64,000 bases of DNA from positions 1-64,000 of the forward strand of contig JBGSTX010000074.1 of assembly GCA_041736305.1 (NCBI GenBank), in the 5' to 3' direction. The notes below the pieces were generated by a model. The model was not told the origin of the DNA and did no database searches. It saw nothing but the letters and a program-made list of their open reading frames with translations. Positions 59,107-64,000 of this stretch are shown here, piece by piece. Within the stretch, counting starts at the first letter, position 1. Each line of letters starts with the position of its first letter. This DNA comes from Oligoflexus sp. (GTDB taxonomy: Bacteria; Bdellovibrionota_B; Oligoflexia; Oligoflexales; Oligoflexaceae). A program made the position numbers and the translations under genes.

Positions 59107-59640
59107 TCATAGATATGTCTCGATTACTTCTGCTTTCCTGATCGTAACTGGCTCAAGGGGGCGGTCTTGAGGTCCGGTACGGACCTCGCCAATTTTCTTT
59201 ACAACTTCAAGGCTTTCTTTGTTGCTCACGCGTCCGAAGACGGTGTACTGATTATCAAGATACGGAATGCGTTCGAGACAGATGAAGAACTGGGAGCCGG
59301 CAGAATTAGGGTCACTAGTTCGCGCCATTGAGAGAACGCCCGGCTCATGAGGGCAGTCGTTGAATTCGGCTGTGACTGTGTAGCCTGGTCCGCCTGCACC
59401 ACTACCCTTAGGGCAGCCCCCTTGAATTACAAACCCAGGGACTACACGGTGAAAAGTTAGGCCATCATAAAAGCCTATCTTAGCTAAAGCTATGAGGTTT
59501 CTGCTATGGCCAGGGGCGACATCGGTAAACAATTCGACCTCGACAAGCCCCATTGACGTATCAAGCCTGACTTGATACTTAGTCTTATTAAAATCGATGG
59601 TTTTCTCGAGGTCTTTGACTTGCTGCTTAACATCTGCCAT
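59107..59640 (-). CDS. Cyclophilin-type peptidyl-prolyl isomerase
   Basis: FYDGLTFHRVVPGFVIQGG, SMAR, SAGSQFFI, YTVFG. Confidence 0.95.
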   Translation of the reverse strand: MADVKQQVKDLEKTIDFNKTKYQVRLDTSMGLVEVELFTDVAPGHSRNLIALAKIGFYDGLTFHRVVPGFVIQGGCPKGSGAGGPGYTVTAEFNDCPHEPGVLSMARTSDPNSAGSQFFICLERIPYLDNQYTVFGRVSNKESLEVVKKIGEVRTGPQDRPLEPVTIRKAEVIETYL

Positions 59641-59750
59641 AAGCCATTCCTTTATAAGAGTGGATGCTCCCTCAGGCGCGAGGTCTCACACTTACCTGAA
59701 TCTGAAATCCGAGTAAACGCCTGAGCACAAGCCTAGCAAAGGACAGATCC

Positions 59751-60953
59751 ATGGACGCGACCTACATTGCCATTTCTTCCAATGACACGACTGACGTGGT
59801 CGCCCAGGAACTGGCTTCCCTTGGGGCACTACAAATTGACAAGGGCTATGCCGCCGTTTCTTTTGCAGCGGCAGACGAAGTAGCCTATAGACTTCATTTG
59901 CGCCTGCAAAGCGCCAGCCGCCTGCTTCTTGTCCTTAAACAAGGCTCAGGATCCAGCCTCGCCATCATTACCCATCAGGCACGCAAGGTAAAATGGGACA
60001 ACTATTTTCGCTCGGACAGTACCTATCTAATCGAAGGAATTGCCGGCGATCGCGGTCCCGACTTCCCTTCAGCAACCGAGATCAGCAAGGCTGTCCGTTT
60101 GGGCCTTGAAGACTATTTTCGGAAGATGGATAAGCCCTTACCTAAGGTCGACCTCAAAGATCCAAAGATCCGTGTCGTAGCTCACATAGCGAGTGGGCGC
60201 TTGACTCTTTCAATCGACACGTCTGGAAAATCGCTCCATAAGCGCGGCTATCGTGAAGACTCCCATCCGGCCCCTATCAAGGAAAACCTTGCGGGAGCCC
60301 TGCTCCAGATGATCGGCTACGACGGGAGTCAAAATTTTTACGATCCTATGTGTGGCTCAGGAACGATTGCCATCGAAGCAGCCTTCCGCGCCCTCCACAA
60401 GGCGCCGCTTATCCATCGGAAAAAGGGCGAATTTGGACTCGAAAACCTACAAAGTTTCAACAGCGGACTTTGGCGTCAGGTACAAGACGGGTGCAGGCAA
60501 GAACGTCTGGAGCAGCCTGCAGCAAAAATTTATGCAGCAGATATTGATAGTCGCTACATCGAAGCCACGCGCAGCAATGCACTTCGCGCCCGTGTGGAAA
60601 AATATATCGACGTTCGCCATGGATCCTTTTTCGATCTTCCTGCACCCGCGAACCAAGGGATGCTACTAGCTAACTTCCCTTACGGAGAGCGTATAGGGAA
60701 ACGCAGTGAAGAAGAAATGATCGAGTTCTATAAAAAAGTTGGTGACACCCTAAAACAAAAATACGCCGGCTGGACAGCAGCTCTTTTGGTCGCCGAAGGA
60801 TCCCCTTATAAGCATATTGGCTTACGTCCTAAGCGCCGAATCCCCATCGATAATGGCGGCATCCCCTGTCGCCTTTTGATCTTTGAACTTTACTCTGGAA
60901 AAAAATACCAGAGCGAAACCTCCGCAGAACCGGAACTTCGCATACTTCACTGA
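59751..60953 (+). CDS. THUMP-domain class I RNA methyltransferase (RlmL-like)
   Basis: SIDTSGKSLHKRGYR, APIKENLA, DPMCGSGTIAIEA, NFPYGER. Confidence 0.9.
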   Translation: MDATYIAISSNDTTDVVAQELASLGALQIDKGYAAVSFAAADEVAYRLHLRLQSASRLLLVLKQGSGSSLAIITHQARKVKWDNYFRSDSTYLIEGIAGDRGPDFPSATEISKAVRLGLEDYFRKMDKPLPKVDLKDPKIRVVAHIASGRLTLSIDTSGKSLHKRGYREDSHPAPIKENLAGALLQMIGYDGSQNFYDPMCGSGTIAIEAAFRALHKAPLIHRKKGEFGLENLQSFNSGLWRQVQDGCRQERLEQPAAKIYAADIDSRYIEATRSNALRARVEKYIDVRHGSFFDLPAPANQGMLLANFPYGERIGKRSEEEMIEFYKKVGDTLKQKYAGWTAALLVAEGSPYKHIGLRPKRRIPIDNGGIPCRLLIFELYSGKKYQSETSAEPELRILH

Positions 60954-60985
60954 AAAGCTCTGAAATTTAGCGCCTCTCCGGAGGC

Positions 60986-61783
60986 CTAGTTTTTCACCCG
61001 ACGTTGTCTAAGATTTTCGTAGAGAATGATCGCTCCCGCCACCGAAACATTAAGTGAATCCCCAAGCCCGAGCATTGGAATTTTAACTGAAATATGTTGA
61101 AGCGCATCCCATTGCTTGGACAGGCCCCTTGCTTCAGAACCAAGCACGAGCGCGAGCGGTCTATTTAAGTCTTCTTCATCATGAAAGCGCTTTGCATAAG
61201 GCGAAGCCGTTACTATTGCAATGCCTCGCTCTTGACAAAAAGCGTAGAATTCATCGTGGGTGCAGGCTATCAGCGGCAGACTAAAGAGTGCGCCTACGCT
61301 GGCACGCACTGCGGCAGGATTGAAGAGGTCGGCTTTCGGATCCAGAACTATGAGGGCAGAAGCGCCAACTCCATCCGCAGAGCGGGCAAGAGCCCCAAGA
61401 TTTCCTGGCTTTTCGACATTTTCAAGTACCAAAAAAGGGGGCCCTGCAGGACACTCGCTTAATACTTCGAGACTCCAGCTTCTCGCTTCCATAACGCCGA
61501 GCAGTCCGTCGGTGCTTTCACGCACAGCCAGCTTCTGAAATACTCCTTCAGAAACTTCGATGAGAGCATTCTCGGGGACTTCCTGGATAACGAGGCGAGC
61601 TTCATCGCTCAATACAGAAGGACAGAAGAAAAGGGTGCGGCAAACGTAGTCTCGCGCAAGCGCCCGCCGTAGTTCTCGAGCCCCCTCGATCAGGAAGAGC
61701 CGACTCTCACGGCGCTCGTGGCTGTTCCGAAGTTTTAGGCATTCTTTGATCTTGGGGTTTTGTGGACTGCTAATCGTTAACAC
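60986..61783 (-). CDS. TrmH/SpoU family RNA methyltransferase
   Basis: ISSPQNPKIK, EKPGNLGA, GSEARGL, DSLNVSVA. Confidence 0.92.
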   Translation of the reverse strand: MLTISSPQNPKIKECLKLRNSHERRESRLFLIEGARELRRALARDYVCRTLFFCPSVLSDEARLVIQEVPENALIEVSEGVFQKLAVRESTDGLLGVMEARSWSLEVLSECPAGPPFLVLENVEKPGNLGALARSADGVGASALIVLDPKADLFNPAAVRASVGALFSLPLIACTHDEFYAFCQERGIAIVTASPYAKRFHDEEDLNRPLALVLGSEARGLSKQWDALQHISVKIPMLGLGDSLNVSVAGAIILYENLRQRRVKN

Positions 61784-61786
61784 AGG

Positions 61787-62656
61787 TCAATCCCGAATGA
61801 ACCAGCAGCTCGCGCCGCTGGGAAGTGCACGCTCTGACTCCTCTTCACAGACGAGCATCTCTTCTGAGAGATAGCGGCCTCTGGCCTGAGGAACCATCGC
61901 TTTCAAAAGGTTTTGCATAGCAATCGGCGTATAGCCGTTTGAATGGGAGCTGAGGAGAATGAAACGGAAGTCGTCTGCCAATAAATCTTTGAGCAGATCG
62001 AGAAGAAGGCTGAGGTGCTCTTCAATCTTCCAGACTTCACCCTTACTCCCGCGGCCAAAGCTCGGTGGATCTAAGATAATGCCCTGGTAACGTCGATCTC
62101 GCCTCAACTCACGGGCAGTAAACTTCTGCACATCGTCGAGCAGCCAGCGAATGGGAGCGTCCTTCAAGTCGTTAGCTTCGGCATTGGACTTACCCCACTG
62201 AATGCTAGTCTTCGACGCATCTACATGTGCGACTTTCGCGCCGCCCTGAGCAGCGGCAAGGCTTGATCCTCCCGTGTATGCGAAGAGGTTGAGAACATGG
62301 AAATCATTCCCGCTGCGACTTCCATCAAAACAGAGGCGTCTGATCCTTTGCCAGTTCATAGCCTGCTCAGGAAACAGCCCCAGATGTCCGAAGTCGGTAA
62401 GCTCCATCACAAGTTGAAGTCCACCGTATTCGATGGGCCACTGCTTTTGCATGCCCTTCGATATAATGGTCCACTTCCCCTCACCACCGCTGAAGCGATT
62501 GTAGCGAGCGTCGACTTTCTCCCACACTTCTGGACCGAGCCGCGGTCGCCAGACAGCCTGGGGCGAAGGGCGCACCAGCCGATAGGGTCCAACTTGCTCG
62601 AGCTTTTGGAAATTTCCAGAGTCGATGAGAGAATAGCTACTGCTTGAAGTCGACAT
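61787..62656 (-). CDS. Class I SAM-dependent methyltransferase (RlmI/RlmK-like)
   Basis: HLGLFPEQ, LNLFAYTGG, ILDPPSFGRG. Confidence 0.88.
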   Translation of the reverse strand: MSTSSSSYSLIDSGNFQKLEQVGPYRLVRPSPQAVWRPRLGPEVWEKVDARYNRFSGGEGKWTIISKGMQKQWPIEYGGLQLVMELTDFGHLGLFPEQAMNWQRIRRLCFDGSRSGNDFHVLNLFAYTGGSSLAAAQGGAKVAHVDASKTSIQWGKSNAEANDLKDAPIRWLLDDVQKFTARELRRDRRYQGIILDPPSFGRGSKGEVWKIEEHLSLLLDLLKDLLADDFRFILLSSHSNGYTPIAMQNLLKAMVPQARGRYLSEEMLVCEEESERALPSGASCWFIRD

Positions 62657-62702
62657 ATGAGGCCCTAGCAAGGTCTCCCACAGGTAGCGGGAGACAGTAG
62701 TA

Positions 62703-63809
62703 TCAAAATGCTAGAGGTTCATACTTCAAACTCAGAGCCTCTGCAATGGCTGGGTGCACTACTTTGCCTTGGTAAGTATTGAGGCCGAGTTGGAGGGCCA
62801 GAGATTCTTTGAGAGCTTTTTCGAATCCTTTTTGGGCCAGTTCCATGGCATAGCGCAGAGTTACGTTAGTTAGAGCATAGGTCGATGTCTTAGGTACATC
62901 CCCAGGAATATTAGTCACCCCGTAGTGCAGGACCTGTTCATCCACGAACACCGGATCATCATGCGTGGTAGGACGAATCGTCTCGATACATCCTCCCTGA
63001 TCGATGGCCACGTCGACGACGACGGAGCCAGGTTCCATCGTGCGCACCATCTGACGAGTTACCAAGCGTGGCGCTTTAGCTCCGGCTATCAAAACTGCAC
63101 CCACGACGAGATCTGATTCTTCAACCGCTTGAGAAATATTCTCGGGATTGGACATCATCGTATCCACATCCGTGCCAAAAATATCGTCAAGATATGCCAA
63201 ACGAGCCGCACTGACATCCAGTATCGTAACGCGTGCACCAAGCCCTATGGCCATTTTGGCTGAATTTATTCCTACAACTCCGCCCCCCAAGACCGCCACA
63301 CGTCCCCGTCTAACTCCTGGTACTCCACCCAGGAGGAGACCCTTTCCACCCTTGTGCTTTTGGAGGCATTGAGCCCCCACCTGTACCGCCATACGACCAG
63401 CTACTTCACTCATGGGAGTCAAGAGAGGAAGAGAGCCATTGGCTAGCTGAATGGTTTCGTAGGCTATAGCGTTTACGCCACGCTTTACCAGTTCGTGGCC
63501 AAGCTCTTGGGCTGCGGCAAGATGAAGGTATGTATAGAGGACAAGCCCTGGCCGCAGGTAATTAAATTCAGAGGCGATCGGCTCCTTTACTTTTATGATC
63601 AGGTCGGCTCCGCCCCAGACTTCTGCGGCGCTGCTGACAATCAAGGCTCCAGCCACACTGAATTTTTCGTCGGAAATACCGGCTCCTAAACCCGCACCCT
63701 TTTCCAGAAGTACTTTGTGCCCGGCGTCGACGAGCATCTTGACTCCGCCCGGGACAATAGCTACGCGGTTTTCGCGATTTTTGATTTCCTTTGGAACGCC
63801 GATGATCAT
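62703..63809 (-). CDS. ald: Alanine dehydrogenase
   Basis: [39 protein letters not shown]. Confidence 0.97.
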   Translation of the reverse strand: MIIGVPKEIKNRENRVAIVPGGVKMLVDAGHKVLLEKGAGLGAGISDEKFSVAGALIVSSAAEVWGGADLIIKVKEPIASEFNYLRPGLVLYTYLHLAAAQELGHELVKRGVNAIAYETIQLANGSLPLLTPMSEVAGRMAVQVGAQCLQKHKGGKGLLLGGVPGVRRGRVAVLGGGVVGINSAKMAIGLGARVTILDVSAARLAYLDDIFGTDVDTMMSNPENISQAVEESDLVVGAVLIAGAKAPRLVTRQMVRTMEPGSVVVDVAIDQGGCIETIRPTTHDDPVFVDEQVLHYGVTNIPGDVPKTSTYALTNVTLRYAMELAQKGFEKALKESLALQLGLNTYQGKVVHPAIAEALSLKYEPLAF

Positions 63810-63877
63810 AGAAATGGCCCTTGCTCTCAAAAGTAAAGAGAATTAGTGACTCTCCGCAATGCGAACCTAGCCCGTTC

Positions 63878-64000
63878 TTACGTTAGCGTAGGAGGCAGGT
63901 CAATCGTCATTCCATCAAACGCAAGTTCCACGTGGGGCGGCAGCACGGCCGAATGCTCGACGTAGTCAACTTCGTGGGAAAGATGAGAAAGCACGCCCCG
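63878..64000 (-). CDS. C-terminus of an MBL-fold hydrolase (PhnP-like), truncated by the window edge
   Basis: ...SHLSHEVDY...LPPHVELAFDGMTI*. Confidence 0.7.
   Translation of the reverse strand, partial: RGVLSHLSHEVDYVEHSAVLPPHVELAFDGMTIDLPPTLT

Noticed and set aside
1-64000. CRISPR arrays, IS elements, prophage, defence islands, rRNA
   Set aside because: No regularly spaced repeats, transposase, phage or defence motifs, or rRNA signatures seen by eye

Overview
A core-genome window of about 50% GC with no prophage, IS or CRISPR. Synteny and protein style suggest a Bdellovibrionota/Oligoflexia-like or other delta-type bacterium (inference). From left to right it holds: a flagellar cluster (flgI-flgH-flgA-flgG-flgF, flagellin), carD, rpsO-pnp-dut, an S41 protease plus glycosyltransferase-TPR pair, namZ, a PilZ protein, a DsbA-family protein, orn, speE, a peptide ABC transporter without ATPase genes, envelope lipoproteins, ftsY and tRNA-Val. 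Next comes the cluster tRNA(Thr,Tyr,Gly,Thr)-tuf-tRNA(Trp)-secE-nusG-rplKAJL-rpoBC-rpsLG-fusA, then ntrY/ntrX, a Xer-like gene, tadA, RNA methyltransferases and ald. The most notable unexplained signals are: (1) a free-standing, ~185-nt, multi-hairpin RNA between orn and speE with its own promoter, a near-perfect Shine-Dalgarno and a 15-codon ORF, reminiscent of myxobacterial Pxr; (2) an intact XerC/D-like protein that has lost its catalytic residues, coupled to tadA; (3) a chromosomal plasmid-Rep-like winged-helix protein; (4) an str-operon EF-G with degenerate translocation loops, behind a terminator; (5) an FlgH with a long coiled-coil tail; (6) a recurring sigma28-like promoter before non-flagellar genes. 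All family assignments are by-eye motif recognition; no searches were run.
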